A DNA stretch of 35,897 nucleotides from an uncultured Candidatus Saccharibacteria bacterium (GTDB lineage: Bacteria; Patescibacteriota; Minisyncoccia; Minisyncoccales; PWPS01): contig CAYQSS010000002.1 of the NCBI GenBank assembly GCA_964420305.1, positions 1 to 35,897 of the forward strand. The letters are read 5' to 3'. A program made the position numbers and the translations under genes. Every line of letters starts with the position of its first letter. Position 1 is the stretch's first letter. Below the pieces are notes generated by a model, which did not search any database, was not told the DNA's origin, and saw only the letters and a list, made by a program, of their open reading frames with translations. Positions 26,082 to 35,682 of this stretch are shown one piece after another.

Positions 26082-26366
26082 TTATTTCTTTTTCTTTTCT
26101 TGTTCTCTTTGCATCTTTCCTCCGTGTCTTACAAATTTCTTTGTTGGAGAAAACTCTCCTAAAAGATGTCCCACCATCTCTTCGGTAACATAAACTTTAA
26201 TGTGTTCCTTGCCGTTATAAACACCGAAGTTATAGCCGATCATCTCTGGTGAAATTGCTGCACTTCTTGACCAAGTTTTAATAATTGCCTTGCTATCAGA
26301 AAGGTTTTTCACCTTTTGAATCAGCTTTTCGTCAATAAATGGTCCTTTTTTTGAACTTCTTGGCAT
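26082..26366 (-). CDS. rpsS: 30S ribosomal protein S19 (uS19)
   Basis: 94 aa: MPRSSKKGPFID..L...V.......IKTWSR...I.PEMIG..F.VYNGKEHI.VYVTEEMVGH.LGEF.PT. Confidence 0.92.
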   Translation of the reverse strand: MPRSSKKGPFIDEKLIQKVKNLSDSKAIIKTWSRSAAISPEMIGYNFGVYNGKEHIKVYVTEEMVGHLLGEFSPTKKFVRHGGKMQREQEKKKK

Positions 26367-26378
26367 GTTATCTAAAAA

Positions 26379-27158
26379 TTATTTTTTCCCTTTTCTCTTC
26401 TTAACTGCTCTTTTTACAATATATCTATCAGTGTGTTTTCTTTTTCTGGTACGCACACCTCTTGCAAGTTTTCCCCAAGGAGTTTTCGGTGAAGGCATCC
26501 CGATTCCCACTCTTCCTTCTCCTCCTCCGTGTGGATGATCAACAGGATTCATCGCTGACCCTCTAACAACTGGTCTTCTCCCCATCTTTCTTGCAACTCC
26601 TGCTTTCTTTATCTTTTTATAACGATGTTCTGGTTTTGATACTTCTCCTACGGTTGCAAAACACATGTTTACAACTTTTCTAATCTCACGTGAAGGCATC
26701 TTTAACTGAGTCATATTTTTGTCTTGTGCAAGAACAACTGCTCCTACTCCAGCACTCCTTACAAGCTTTGCTTTACCATCAGGATGAATAGCAATATTGT
26801 AAACCATTGCCCCTACGGGGATATTCTTGATTCTCATTCGATTGCCCGGTTTTAATTCTGCTTTCTCAGAAGTAACAATTTTATCTCCCTCTTTTAATGA
26901 TTGTGGAGCTAAAACGTATTTTGTTTCTCCGTTTTCATATTCTACCAAGGCAATATCAGCACTTCTGTTTGGATCGTATTCTATAGAAACAACTTTTCCT
27001 TCTATATCTAGCGGATTTTGACCAAAATTAATCACTCGGTAAAGACGTTTCACTCCGCCACCTCGGTGACGTACCGTAATCTTCCCTTGATTAGATCGTC
27101 CAGCGTGTTTTTTAAGTGGGACAATCAGTTTTTTTCTTTTTTTGGTCTTTGAATTCAT
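26379..27158 (-). CDS. rplB: 50S ribosomal protein L2 (uL2)
   Basis: 259 aa: ...GRSNQGKITVRHRGGG.KR.YR.I.F... and ...VRGSAMNPVDHPHGGGEGR... Confidence 0.92.
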   Translation of the reverse strand: MNSKTKKRKKLIVPLKKHAGRSNQGKITVRHRGGGVKRLYRVINFGQNPLDIEGKVVSIEYDPNRSADIALVEYENGETKYVLAPQSLKEGDKIVTSEKAELKPGNRMRIKNIPVGAMVYNIAIHPDGKAKLVRSAGVGAVVLAQDKNMTQLKMPSREIRKVVNMCFATVGEVSKPEHRYKKIKKAGVARKMGRRPVVRGSAMNPVDHPHGGGEGRVGIGMPSPKTPWGKLARGVRTRKRKHTDRYIVKRAVKKRKGKK

Positions 27159-27167
27159 AACACAAAT

Positions 27168-27488
27168 CTATGCTAAAGTCAAATCTATGCTTTGACCTTT
27201 TTTCACTTTTACCACTGCTTTTTTATAACCACTTCTTTTTCCTTCGATTCTTCCAACTCTTCTCTTTTTTGAAGGAATATTGATTATCTTCACATCAGTG
27301 ACATCAACCTTATACTTTTTTTCTACTTCTTCTTTCACTTTGTTTTTATTCGCTCTCTTTTCTACTTTAAAAGTATAAAATCCACTCTCTGCTAAAAGCG
27401 TTGCTTTCTCACTGACATGCGGACCCTTCAGAACATAATCTTGCTCTGTTTCTTTCAGATTTTTCTTAATTTCTTTTTTTTCAGTCAT
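27168..27488 (-). CDS. rplW: 50S ribosomal protein L23 (uL23)
   Basis: 106 aa: ...L.GPHVSEKATLL.....YTFKV...A.K..VKE.VEK.Y.V.V..V.I.N...K. An ATGA overlap links it to the rplD stop. Confidence 0.88.
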   Translation of the reverse strand: MTEKKEIKKNLKETEQDYVLKGPHVSEKATLLAESGFYTFKVEKRANKNKVKEEVEKKYKVDVTDVKIINIPSKKRRVGRIEGKRSGYKKAVVKVKKGQSIDLTLA

Positions 27489-28111
27489 CTTTTAATTGTT
27501 TCTTCAATTACTTTAACTGATTCTTTGGGAATAACCAGATATTTGTAAGACAGAAGATCTAACGCGTTTAAATCTTTTGCTTGAATCGTATCAACGCCTT
27601 CTATGTTCCTTGCAGACAAAATAATATTTTTATCCATCTTTGGCAGAACAAGAAGAGTTCCTTTTTTGCAAAACGTATTCTTTAAGAAATCTCTCATCTC
27701 TTTTGTTTTCGGCTCTTTAATTTCTAAGTCAGAAACAAAAAAGATAAAATCTTTTTCTTTTTTTGCAGAAAGAATCATCGCAACAGCAGCTCTTTTTACT
27801 TTCTTGTTAATCTTTTTCTTATAATTCCTCTCATTTGTTGGCCCAAAAGTCACTCCTCCCCCTTTCCAAATTGGTGAACGTCTCGATCCGTGTCTTGCTC
27901 TCCCAGTTCCTTTCTGTCTCCAAGGCTTTCTTCCTCCTCCCCTAACCTCAGAACGATCTTTGGTGTCCGCTGTATTTTGTCTTCTTGAAAGCATCTGCAA
28001 TCGCATCACTTGGTAGATAAGATCAGAATTTACTTCCACCCCAAAAATACTTTTAGGAAGAGTAACATCCCCGGTCTTTTCTCCTTTCATGTTGTATAAA
28101 TCTGCTTTCAT
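27485..28111 (-). CDS. rplD: 50S ribosomal protein L4 (uL4)
   Basis: 208 aa: ...TKDRSEVRGGGRKPWRQKGTGRARHGSRRSPIWKGGGVTFGP... An ATGA overlap links it to the rplC stop. Confidence 0.92.
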   Translation of the reverse strand: MKADLYNMKGEKTGDVTLPKSIFGVEVNSDLIYQVMRLQMLSRRQNTADTKDRSEVRGGGRKPWRQKGTGRARHGSRRSPIWKGGGVTFGPTNERNYKKKINKKVKRAAVAMILSAKKEKDFIFFVSDLEIKEPKTKEMRDFLKNTFCKKGTLLVLPKMDKNIILSARNIEGVDTIQAKDLNALDLLSYKYLVIPKESVKVIEETIKR

Positions 28112-28701
28112 ATCTTTTCGATAGTCAAAATTCCTCTATTTTTACCTGGAACAGCACCTTTAAGGGCAATGATGTTTTTTTCTGTGTCAACACTAACAAC
28201 TTTAAGGTTTTTCACAGTTACGCTATCTGTTCCCATTCTTCCCGCCATTTTTCTTCCTTTTACCACTCTTTGTGGAAACATCGATCCGATCGATCCTGGT
28301 TTACGGTTGGTGTGTTTTGTACCATGACTAGAAGTTCCAGCTCCGCTAAAGTTCCACCTCTTCATCACTCCTGCAAAACCTTTTCCCTTTGAGATCCCCT
28401 TAACTTTAACTTTATCCCCTGGATTAAAAAGATCTACCTTCAAACTATCTCCCAAAGAAACTTCATAACTTCCTTTGAGCTCCTTTAAATGACGATACGG
28501 TTTCTTGTTTTGCGACTTCTTTACTTTCTTATCTGAAATAGCAAGAAAACCAAGTTGAACAGCATCATACCCGTCTCTTTCTTTGTTTTTAACATCAGTA
28601 ACTATGCAAGGCCCGGCCTCAACCAAAGTAACTGGGAAAGCCTCTCCTTTCTCGTCATAGACTTGTGTCATTCCTAATTTTTTACCAATAATGAAATTCA
28701 T
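28108..28701 (-). CDS. rplC: 50S ribosomal protein L3 (uL3)
   Basis: 197 aa: ...GKKLGMTQV......PVT..EAGPC.V..... and ...GISKGKGFAGVMKRWNFSG...SHG....R.PGSIG... Confidence 0.92.
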   Translation of the reverse strand: MNFIIGKKLGMTQVYDEKGEAFPVTLVEAGPCIVTDVKNKERDGYDAVQLGFLAISDKKVKKSQNKKPYRHLKELKGSYEVSLGDSLKVDLFNPGDKVKVKGISKGKGFAGVMKRWNFSGAGTSSHGTKHTNRKPGSIGSMFPQRVVKGRKMAGRMGTDSVTVKNLKVVSVDTEKNIIALKGAVPGKNRGILTIEKI

Positions 28702-28722
28702 CTTTTTGCTATTTTCAAAACT

Positions 28723-28748
28723 AAATACCGAGGATTTCCTCGATATTT
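28723..28748 (-). promoter_or_regulatory. Stem-loop in the rpsJ-rplC intergenic spacer
   Basis: The minus-strand RNA AAAUAUCGAGG-AAAU-CCUCGGUAUUU forms an ~11-bp stem with one G.U, followed by AGUUUUG. It lies in a 76-nt gap, which is unusually long for this operon. Confidence 0.35.
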
Positions 28749-28777
28749 AGACTTAAGTTCTAGAACCTAAATAACCC

Positions 28778-29101
28778 TTACATCTTGATTTCGATGTTCA
28801 CTCCCGCAGGAAGAGTTAAGTTTCTCAATGCGTCTAAAACCTTTGCCCCTGGATTAAGTATATCGATAATCCGTTTGTGAATTCGTACTTCGTACTGTTC
28901 TTTTGATTTGTTATGTACAAACGTAGAACGATTCACGGTATACTTTTTAATTTCCGTTGGCAGAGGAGTTGGTCCTAAAACCTCACTCCCGTACCGAAGG
29001 GCGGTGTCTATAATCTGTCTTGCACTCGCATCAATCACCTTGTGATCGTAAGCACGAAGGCGAATACGAATTTTTGATTTTGCTTCCTTCTCTTTTGCCA
29101 T
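28778..29101 (-). CDS. rpsJ: 30S ribosomal protein S10 (uS10)
   Basis: 107 aa: ...IRIRLRAYDHKVIDASARQI..TA...G....GP.PLPT......V.RS..V.K.S.EQYE.R.HKR.IDI... Confidence 0.92.
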   Translation of the reverse strand: MAKEKEAKSKIRIRLRAYDHKVIDASARQIIDTALRYGSEVLGPTPLPTEIKKYTVNRSTFVHNKSKEQYEVRIHKRIIDILNPGAKVLDALRNLTLPAGVNIEIKM

Positions 29102-29116
29102 TTTCTGTAGTTAAAT

Positions 29117-30313
29117 CTACTTAATGATCTTTCCGATAACTCCTGCTCCAACTGTTCTTCCTCCTTCACGAATAGCAAATCTTTGCTGTTCTTCAAGAGC
29201 GATAGGAGCAATAAGTTTTACGGTTAATTTTGCAGTATCTCCCGGCATTACCATCTCTGTTCCTTCTGAAAGTTCTACTTCCCCAGTAACATCGGTGGTT
29301 CTCATATAAAACTGTGGTTTATATCCTTTAAAGAACGGAGTGTGTCTTCCTCCTTCGTCTTTTCCGAGAATATATACTTCTGCTTCAAACTCAGTATGTG
29401 GAGTAATTGTTCCCGCTTTTGCTAAAACTTGTCCTCTCTCAATATCATCTTTCTTCGTTCCACGAAGTAAAAGCCCAGCATTGTCTCCAGCCATTCCTTT
29501 GTTTAAAGTTTTGTTAAACATCTCAATGCTAACAACGGTTGTTTTCGTTGTATCACGTAGTCCAACAATCTCTACTTCATCTCCGGCATTAATAACTCCT
29601 CTTTCAATTCTTCCTGTCGCTACTGTTCCTCTACCTTCAATTGAGAAGACATCTTCAACCGCCATAAGAAAAGGCTTATCGATATCTCTTTCTGGCTCTG
29701 GAATGTAGCTGTCCATTGCGTTCATCAGTTCCATAATTGGCTCTAAGGCCTTATCATCAGCTGCTGTTGCTTCAAGTGCTTTTAGCGCAGAACCTCGAAT
29801 TATTGGAGTCTCATCTCCAGGGAATTCGTACTTTGTTAAAAGTTCTCTTATTTCTGACTCAACAAGATCAATCATCTCTGGATCGTCAACCATATCAACT
29901 TTGTTTAAGAATACTACTAAGGATGGAAGGCCAACCTGTCTTGCAAGGAGAATGTGTTCTCTGGTCTGAGGCATAGGGCCGTCAGTTGCAGAAACAACTA
30001 AAATTCCTCCGTCCATCTGTGCTGCACCAGTAATCATGTTCTTTACGTAGTCAGCGTGACCTGGACAGTCGATGTGTGCGTAGTGTCTGTTTTCTGTTTG
30101 ATACTCACGGTGAGAAATAGAGATTGTAAGTCCTCTTGCTTTTTCTTCAGGAGCAGAATCAATCTCTTCTACACTAGTCTTCTTTCCTAAAAGTCCTTTT
30201 AGGAAAAGAGTGTTAATAATTGCCGCGGTAAGGGTTGTTTTACCGTGGTCAACGTGCCCGATAGTACCTACGTTTAGGTGGGGCTTTCCTCTTTCGAATT
30301 GTTCTTTGGCCAT
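29117..30313 (-). CDS. tuf: Elongation factor Tu
   Basis: 398 aa with G1 [10 protein letters not shown]3 DCPGHADY and G4 NKVD. It is EF-Tu-like throughout, including the C-terminal [13 protein letters not shown]. Confidence 0.95.
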   Translation of the reverse strand: MAKEQFERGKPHLNVGTIGHVDHGKTTLTAAIINTLFLKGLLGKKTSVEEIDSAPEEKARGLTISISHREYQTENRHYAHIDCPGHADYVKNMITGAAQMDGGILVVSATDGPMPQTREHILLARQVGLPSLVVFLNKVDMVDDPEMIDLVESEIRELLTKYEFPGDETPIIRGSALKALEATAADDKALEPIMELMNAMDSYIPEPERDIDKPFLMAVEDVFSIEGRGTVATGRIERGVINAGDEVEIVGLRDTTKTTVVSIEMFNKTLNKGMAGDNAGLLLRGTKKDDIERGQVLAKAGTITPHTEFEAEVYILGKDEGGRHTPFFKGYKPQFYMRTTDVTGEVELSEGTEMVMPGDTAKLTVKLIAPIALEEQQRFAIREGGRTVGAGVIGKIIK

Positions 30314-30377
30314 AATTTTTTTGGTGTTACACCTTTATAAATTAAAGATTAATAATTGTTTTTAAAATCGCGTTAAA

Positions 30378-30406
30378 ATACTACACTATTTTTATAAAAA
30401 ACTCAA
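30378..30406 (-). promoter_or_regulatory. Candidate internal promoter upstream of tuf: TTGAGT-17 nt-TAGTAT
   Basis: On the minus strand, -35 is at 30406..30401 (immediately after the fusA stop) and -10 is at 30383..30378, inside a 97-nt AT-rich spacer. The 9-mer GTGTAGTAT spanning the -10 is shared with the rpsL promoter candidate. Confidence 0.35.
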
Positions 30407-30410
30407 GTGT

Positions 30411-32525
30411 CTATCTTCCTTTTTCAATAATTGTCTGCGCAATATTGTAAGGAACCTCTTTATAACAGTCAAATTCCATCGCATAATTACCTCTTCCCTT
30501 GGTTAGTGATCTTAGTGTTGTTACATAACCAAACATCTCTGAAAGAGGAACTTTAGCACGGATTATTTTTTGTGCACGCTTTCCTTTTGTTTCTTCGGTA
30601 GATTCTACCTCCCCTCTTCTTGAAGAAATATCTCCCATCACATCACCAAGATATTCTGGAGGAATAGTCACTTCAACTTTCATGAAAGGCTCAAGAAGGA
30701 CGGGATCTGCTTTTCTGTAAGCTTCTTTAAATCCCATTGAACCAGCAATCTTAAACGCCATCTTTGATGAATCAACTTCATGATAAGACCCATCATAAAG
30801 AGTAGCTTTAATATTTACAATCGGATATCCAGCAAGCACTCCTTCATCCATCACTTCTTCAATTCCTTTTTCAACAGCAGGAATATATTCTTGTGGAATA
30901 ACTCCTCCCTTAATCTCATCAACAAATTCCAGTCTTTTATCGCCTTCCGGAAGTGGTTCAATGCGCAACTTAACGTGTCCGTATTGTCCACGACCTCCAC
31001 TTTGCTTGATGTACTTTCCTTCTTCGTCAGCCAATCTTTTAATTGTTTCTTTATAAGCAACTTGTGGTTGTCCTACTTGTGCTTCAACTTTAAATTCTCG
31101 TTTCATTCTGTCAACGATAATATCAAGGTGAAGTTCTCCCATCCCAGAGATAATCGTCTCTCCAGTCTCCATATCTCCTTCAACCCTAAAAGTAGGGTCT
31201 TCTTCGGCAAGTCTTCTTAAAGCAAGTCCCATCTTTTCTTGGTCTTCTCTGGTTTTTGGTTCAACTCTAATTGAAACAACCGGCTCTGGGAAAGATATCG
31301 CCTCTAGGACAATAGGACTATTTTCATCGGACAAAGTATGTCCGGTAGATGTCCCTTTAAGTCCTACCGCGGCAACGATGTCTCCAGCATAGATTTCTTT
31401 CAGTTCTTCCCGCTGATCGGCGTGCATTCTTAGTATTCTACTGATGCGTTCTTTTTCTCCGGTATTTGCGTTGAGGATATAAGATCCGCTGGAAAGCTTT
31501 CCAGAATAAACTCTTAGATATGTAAGGCTTCCAACATAAGCATCATTTGCAAGTTTAAAAGCAAGTGCTGCAAAAGGTTCTTCGTCAATAAGCTTTCTTT
31601 CGTCCTCTTCTTCTGTTTTTGGGTTTATCCCTTTAACATGAGGTAGATCGTCTGGTGCTGGAAAGTAACTGCAGACAGCATCGAGCATTGGTTGTACTCC
31701 TTTATTCTTTAGTGCTGTACCACAAAAAACTGGAACAGCGTGATAATTTAAAACAGCCTTTCTTAAAACTTTTCGTATTTCATCTTCTGATATTTCTTCT
31801 CCTCCCATGTATTTTTCAAAAATAGCTTCATCCTCAGTTACAATTTTTTCTAACATTTCGTTTCTCCACTTTTCAACATCTTCTTTCATGTTTTCTGGCG
31901 CTTCTTCTTCTTTTAGAACCTCTCCAAAATCGCCACTAAAGGTAATAAACTTTTTGGTAATTAGATTAATTACTCCTTTGAAATCTTCTTCTTCTCCAAC
32001 AGGAAGTTGCATCGCAATAGCATCAGGAGTAAGTTTCTCTTTAATAGAATCAAGAGAATCTATAAAAGAAGCCCCTGTTCTATCTATCTTGTTAATAAAA
32101 CAGATTCTTGGCACGTTATGTTTATCAGCTTGTCTCCAAACCGTTTCTGATTGTGGTTCTACTCCGGCTACTCCGTCAAAAATAACAACAGCGCCATCTA
32201 AGACGCGCATTGATCTTTGTACTTCTGCCGTAAAGTCAATATGACCAGGAGTATCAATAATATTTATTCGATATTTGTTTTCTTGAGTTTGTTCTAAATA
32301 TGTAGGAATCCAGAAACAGGTGGTTGCCGCAGAGGTAATAGTAATCCCTCGCTCTCTTTCTTGTTCCATCCAGTCCATAATAGATTCCCCAGAGTGGGTT
32401 TCCCCTATCTTATGTGAAATTCCGGTATAAAAAAGAATGCGCTCAGTAACCGTAGTCTTCCCCGCATCAATGTGAGCAATAATTCCAATATTTCTATATC
32501 TGTTTATAGGGTATTCTCTAGACAT
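30411..32525 (-). CDS. fusA: Elongation factor G
   Basis: 704 aa with [17 protein letters not shown] and NKIDR. It has full five-domain length and the canonical position after rpsG. Confidence 0.95.
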   Translation of the reverse strand: MSREYPINRYRNIGIIAHIDAGKTTVTERILFYTGISHKIGETHSGESIMDWMEQERERGITITSAATTCFWIPTYLEQTQENKYRINIIDTPGHIDFTAEVQRSMRVLDGAVVIFDGVAGVEPQSETVWRQADKHNVPRICFINKIDRTGASFIDSLDSIKEKLTPDAIAMQLPVGEEEDFKGVINLITKKFITFSGDFGEVLKEEEAPENMKEDVEKWRNEMLEKIVTEDEAIFEKYMGGEEISEDEIRKVLRKAVLNYHAVPVFCGTALKNKGVQPMLDAVCSYFPAPDDLPHVKGINPKTEEEDERKLIDEEPFAALAFKLANDAYVGSLTYLRVYSGKLSSGSYILNANTGEKERISRILRMHADQREELKEIYAGDIVAAVGLKGTSTGHTLSDENSPIVLEAISFPEPVVSIRVEPKTREDQEKMGLALRRLAEEDPTFRVEGDMETGETIISGMGELHLDIIVDRMKREFKVEAQVGQPQVAYKETIKRLADEEGKYIKQSGGRGQYGHVKLRIEPLPEGDKRLEFVDEIKGGVIPQEYIPAVEKGIEEVMDEGVLAGYPIVNIKATLYDGSYHEVDSSKMAFKIAGSMGFKEAYRKADPVLLEPFMKVEVTIPPEYLGDVMGDISSRRGEVESTEETKGKRAQKIIRAKVPLSEMFGYVTTLRSLTKGRGNYAMEFDCYKEVPYNIAQTIIEKGR

Positions 32526-32530
32526 ATTTC

Positions 32531-33010
32531 TTATTTTGCAAGGTACGCAAAAGCTTTATTCGCCTTCGCCATCTTATGCATATTCTCTTTCTTTTTAACT
32601 GCCTCTCCTTCGTTATTTGACGCATTAATAAGTTCCTCAGAAAGCTTTTCGCTCATTCCTTTCCCTTTTTTTGATTTTGCAGCTCCAGTAATCCAACGCA
32701 TCGATAGGCTTAGAGATCTTTTCCTGTTAACCTTCATCGGTACCTGATACGTAGCCCCTCCAACTCTTTTCGAGCGTACTTCCATATTTGGACAAACGTT
32801 CTCAACAGCCAGCTCAAAAACTTCTAACGGTTCTTTCTTTGTTTTTTCTTTAATAGTATTAAAAGCACCATAAACAACTTTTTTGGCTACGTCTTTCTTC
32901 CCGTTACGCATTATATGGTTTATAAACTTTGAAACCATCACGCTGTTGTAGACAGGATCAGGAATGATCGGTTGCAGTTTATAACTCTTTTTGCCTGTTT
33001 CTTCAAACAT
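32531..33010 (-). CDS. rpsG: 30S ribosomal protein S7 (uS7)
   Basis: 159 aa: ...[30 protein letters not shown]... and ...VGGATYQVP.....R...L..RW... Confidence 0.92.
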   Translation of the reverse strand: MFEETGKKSYKLQPIIPDPVYNSVMVSKFINHIMRNGKKDVAKKVVYGAFNTIKEKTKKEPLEVFELAVENVCPNMEVRSKRVGGATYQVPMKVNRKRSLSLSMRWITGAAKSKKGKGMSEKLSEELINASNNEGEAVKKKENMHKMAKANKAFAYLAK

Positions 33011-33016
33011 CTCTAA

Positions 33017-33430
33017 TTATTTTTTAGCTTTTTTAGCTCCGTATTTACTTCTCGAACTCTTTCTGTTCTCTACTCCCGTTGAATCAAGTGTTCCACGAAC
33101 AACATGGTATCTTACTCCCGGAAGATCTTTTACTCTTCCACCTCTGATTAAGATAACAGAGTGCTCTTGCAACTTATGTCCAACTCCAGGAATATATGCC
33201 GTTACTTCAGATCCGTTAGAAACACGAACTCTTGCTACTTTACGAAGCGCAGAGTTAGGCTTCTTTGGAGTAGTGGTCGTTACCTTAATACAAACCCCTC
33301 TCTTAAAAGGAGAAGCGTAATAAGATTTTCTATTTTTTACATTATTAAATCCAAAAGAAAGTGCTGGTGATTTGTCTTTCACCTTCGTACTTTTTCTTCC
33401 TTTTTTTAATAATTGATTTATTGTCGGCAT
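33017..33430 (-). CDS. rpsL: 30S ribosomal protein S12 (uS12)
   Basis: 137 aa: [12 protein letters not shown]..., ...[57 protein letters not shown]... Confidence 0.95.
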   Translation of the reverse strand: MPTINQLLKKGRKSTKVKDKSPALSFGFNNVKNRKSYYASPFKRGVCIKVTTTTPKKPNSALRKVARVRVSNGSEVTAYIPGVGHKLQEHSVILIRGGRVKDLPGVRYHVVRGTLDSTGVENRKSSRSKYGAKKAKK

Positions 33431-33484
33431 AGTTTTGTAATTAAAAAAACAAACCTTGAAGGCTTGCGAACCTCTGCTTGTCTT

Positions 33485-33512
33485 ATACTACACAAAAAAA
33501 ATAAAAAGTCAA
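33485..33512 (-). promoter_or_regulatory. Candidate primary promoter of the ribosomal superoperon: TTGACT-16 nt-TAGTAT
   Basis: On the minus strand, -35 TTGACT is at 33512..33507 and -10 TAGTAT is at 33490..33485. This is ~55 nt upstream of the rpsL ATG, in the 116-nt gap after the radical-SAM locus. Confidence 0.4.
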
Positions 33513-33546
33513 ATTTATTCACTTTTACTTTTTGTTTACATTAAAA

Positions 33547-33921
33547 TCAGAAAATAGTGTCATCCGAGTACTGCCAATCTAGCTCCAACATTTCATACAG
33601 GCACTTCTCATTTTTATCTGAAATTTTAGGAGTAACTTCAATTTTTCCTCCAATTTTTTTCCAAAATTTTATTCCCTCCATCGTCTGTTTAAAGCTTCCC
33701 TTTACCCCAGTAATTTCATCATGAAATTTCTCATTATGTCCGTAAATAAAAACAACCAGTTTGCGAAGTCCCGCAGCTTTTAAAGACAACGCATAATTTT
33801 TATAAAAAAACATTCGCCCATTCGTCCAAAGAGTTACTTTTTCCCATCCTTTCTCTTTGGCAAAACTGATAATTTTTGGTAATTCTGAGATTAATGTCGG
33901 CTCTCCGCCGAGAATAATCAA
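33547..33921 (-). CDS. Radical-SAM-like core fragment lacking the CxxxCxxC segment (separate TTG-initiated gene or frameshifted continuation of the upstream ORF)
   Basis: 124 aa starting at TTG (33921) directly at IILGGEPTL, the GGE SAM-binding motif. It continues with a typical radical SAM core pattern (...GLRKLVVFIYGHNEKFHDEITGVKGSFKQTMEGIKF...). It contains no cluster cysteines. Its start overlaps the upstream TGA as TTGA. Confidence 0.5.
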   Translation of the reverse strand: MIILGGEPTLISELPKIISFAKEKGWEKVTLWTNGRMFFYKNYALSLKAAGLRKLVVFIYGHNEKFHDEITGVKGSFKQTMEGIKFWKKIGGKIEVTPKISDKNEKCLYEMLELDWQYSDDTIF

Positions 33922-35603
33922 TTCCTTTTTGTTTTTCTTTCAATAATTTTGAAAATTTCTTTCATGTCAAAAGAAGTTTTGATAGGAAGATATACGTCTT
34001 CTTTGGCATTGTTTCTTATATTCTCTTTGTCGGTAATTCTAAGATAAAAAGGCTTGTTTTTTCTAAATTTCTCATACAGCTTTCTTAATTCAATTTGAGT
34101 TTTTTTAGAATCACCATGCTTACGACTAAAGTACATAATTTCATTAAAGCTAGATCGGTAAAAATATTGAGGTATTTTTTTATAAAGATAGAAAAGCCGG
34201 TGTAGTATATAAAATCTTTTTTCGTTTTCAATTTTAATTTCTTCCCACTTTTTCCCTTCAATTTCATCATATCCCGGAAGATCAGAGGGAGTATGATAAG
34301 AAAAAACATTGCTTGTTTCTTCCCTTATTCTAATTCCAAATTTCTCTGGGAAAGATCGCACAAAACATCTTTCCATACGAAAAATGGCAACAGCAATTTG
34401 ATCGATAAAATCAATATTTTCCTGAACAAAAGAAAACGTTTCTTGAAAATCTTTTTTTTCTTCTCCAGGAAAACCAATAATAAAATAGCAAAGCTTAAAA
34501 ATCCCATTCTTATCTAATTTTTGAATAAGATCCTCAATCATTTTTCTGTTAGTCCCCTTTCTCATTAACTTAAGTATACGGTCACTTCCCGCTTCTAGTC
34601 CTAAGGTGACAAACCTAAACCCTGCATTAGCTATCAAAGAAACTTTATCCAAAGAAAAGTTACCACGAATACATCCAGTAAGCGTTAAATCTAATTTTGA
34701 TTTTACCAATTTTAAACAAACATCCTTGAACATTTCTTCATCAGCATGAATATATGCATTATAAATAGCAAAAAAGGGCGTTCTGAATTTTTCCTTAAGA
34801 GCTCTTAGGTCTTCAATAACTTCTTCTGGTGACTTTTTAAATATTCTTTTTTGACCAAGGGATAGAGAATTTCCACAAAAAGCACAATTATACGGACATC
34901 CATAGGAATAAATATAGGGGATAACAAGGTTTCCTTTAAAATTATGAAAGGCATAATTCCTTGGCACTTTAGTATATAAATCAAGTGAAAGCCCGTTAAA
35001 ATTGGGCTTGTTTGCAAGTGTTAAGTCAGGATTCCCCATATTTCTAAAAAGTTGTTTTTCTTTTAGGGTATCATTCTGTCTTTTTTCACAAAAAGCTAAA
35101 ATAGCGTTTTCTCCACTTCCCAGAACTAAGGCATCAATCGGTCCCTTTGAAAAAAAATCTATAACATTTTCTGCCAGCGATCCTCCAAAAATAATTCCTG
35201 CATTCTTCTTTTTTTGTTTTATCAACTTGGCTAAGATAAGAGCGTACTTAACCCCCAATCTTTCAATTAATGAAAAACCGAAAACATCATATTTTTCGTA
35301 ATTAAAAAGTTTAAAAAGAATCTCCCCAGCTTCTTCAATATAAGAACTTTTTCTCCCCGATTTAAAATATTCCTTTGCATTCTTTTCACTAATTTTTGAA
35401 TCAAGGAAAAGCATCCTATCTAAAATACTTTTATCAGATATAATCTTGATATCCAAATCATCTACATCAACAGACCATCCTTTTTTCCTCATAAAATCAC
35501 ATAAATATGCAATTCCCAAGGGGGGTATTGGCAAAATACCCTCATTTGCAGTGACAAAGTTGTATGGAGGAACTATAAGTTTTATTTTTTCTTTTTTCTT
35601 CAT
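33918..35603 (-). CDS. B12-binding-domain-type (class B) radical SAM protein with a C-terminal cysteine-less radical-SAM-like leader
   Basis: 561 aa. The N-terminal Rossmann-like domain (KLIVPPYNF...PIPPLGIAYLCDFMRKKGWSVDVDDLD) is typical of B12-binding radical SAM enzymes. The radical SAM motif is YGCPYNCAFCGN, followed by GLEAGSDRILKLMRKG. The last ~45 aa, FYLRITDKENIRNNAKED..., resemble a radical SAM N-terminus with all three Cys replaced. Confidence 0.75.
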   Translation of the reverse strand: MKKKEKIKLIVPPYNFVTANEGILPIPPLGIAYLCDFMRKKGWSVDVDDLDIKIISDKSILDRMLFLDSKISEKNAKEYFKSGRKSSYIEEAGEILFKLFNYEKYDVFGFSLIERLGVKYALILAKLIKQKKKNAGIIFGGSLAENVIDFFSKGPIDALVLGSGENAILAFCEKRQNDTLKEKQLFRNMGNPDLTLANKPNFNGLSLDLYTKVPRNYAFHNFKGNLVIPYIYSYGCPYNCAFCGNSLSLGQKRIFKKSPEEVIEDLRALKEKFRTPFFAIYNAYIHADEEMFKDVCLKLVKSKLDLTLTGCIRGNFSLDKVSLIANAGFRFVTLGLEAGSDRILKLMRKGTNRKMIEDLIQKLDKNGIFKLCYFIIGFPGEEKKDFQETFSFVQENIDFIDQIAVAIFRMERCFVRSFPEKFGIRIREETSNVFSYHTPSDLPGYDEIEGKKWEEIKIENEKRFYILHRLFYLYKKIPQYFYRSSFNEIMYFSRKHGDSKKTQIELRKLYEKFRKNKPFYLRITDKENIRNNAKEDVYLPIKTSFDMKEIFKIIERKTKRN

Positions 35604-35682
35604 CTTCTAACCACAAAGTTTCACATTAAAAAATTTAAATATGCTCTTAGGTTATAAATATTATTAATGCTCTTTAATGTTT

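Noticed and set aside
10324-32747. Numerous 60-146-aa plus-strand ORFs across the ribosomal operon (for example 29124-29976 in tuf; 30780-31220 and 31807-32244 in fusA; 20295-21089; 21694-21984)
   Set aside because: All lie antisense to highly conserved r-protein or translation-factor genes. Their compositions are dominated by Phe/Leu/Ser, reflecting the reverse complement of Lys/Glu-rich coding sequence.
15004-35017. Minus-strand alternative-frame ORFs nested in larger genes (15004-15219, 15974-16189, 19729-20052, 30851-31060, 34085-34309, 34325-34507, 34805-35017)
   Set aside because: Each sits out of frame inside a longer ORF whose product has clear family motifs or a coherent architecture. 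None has independent support.
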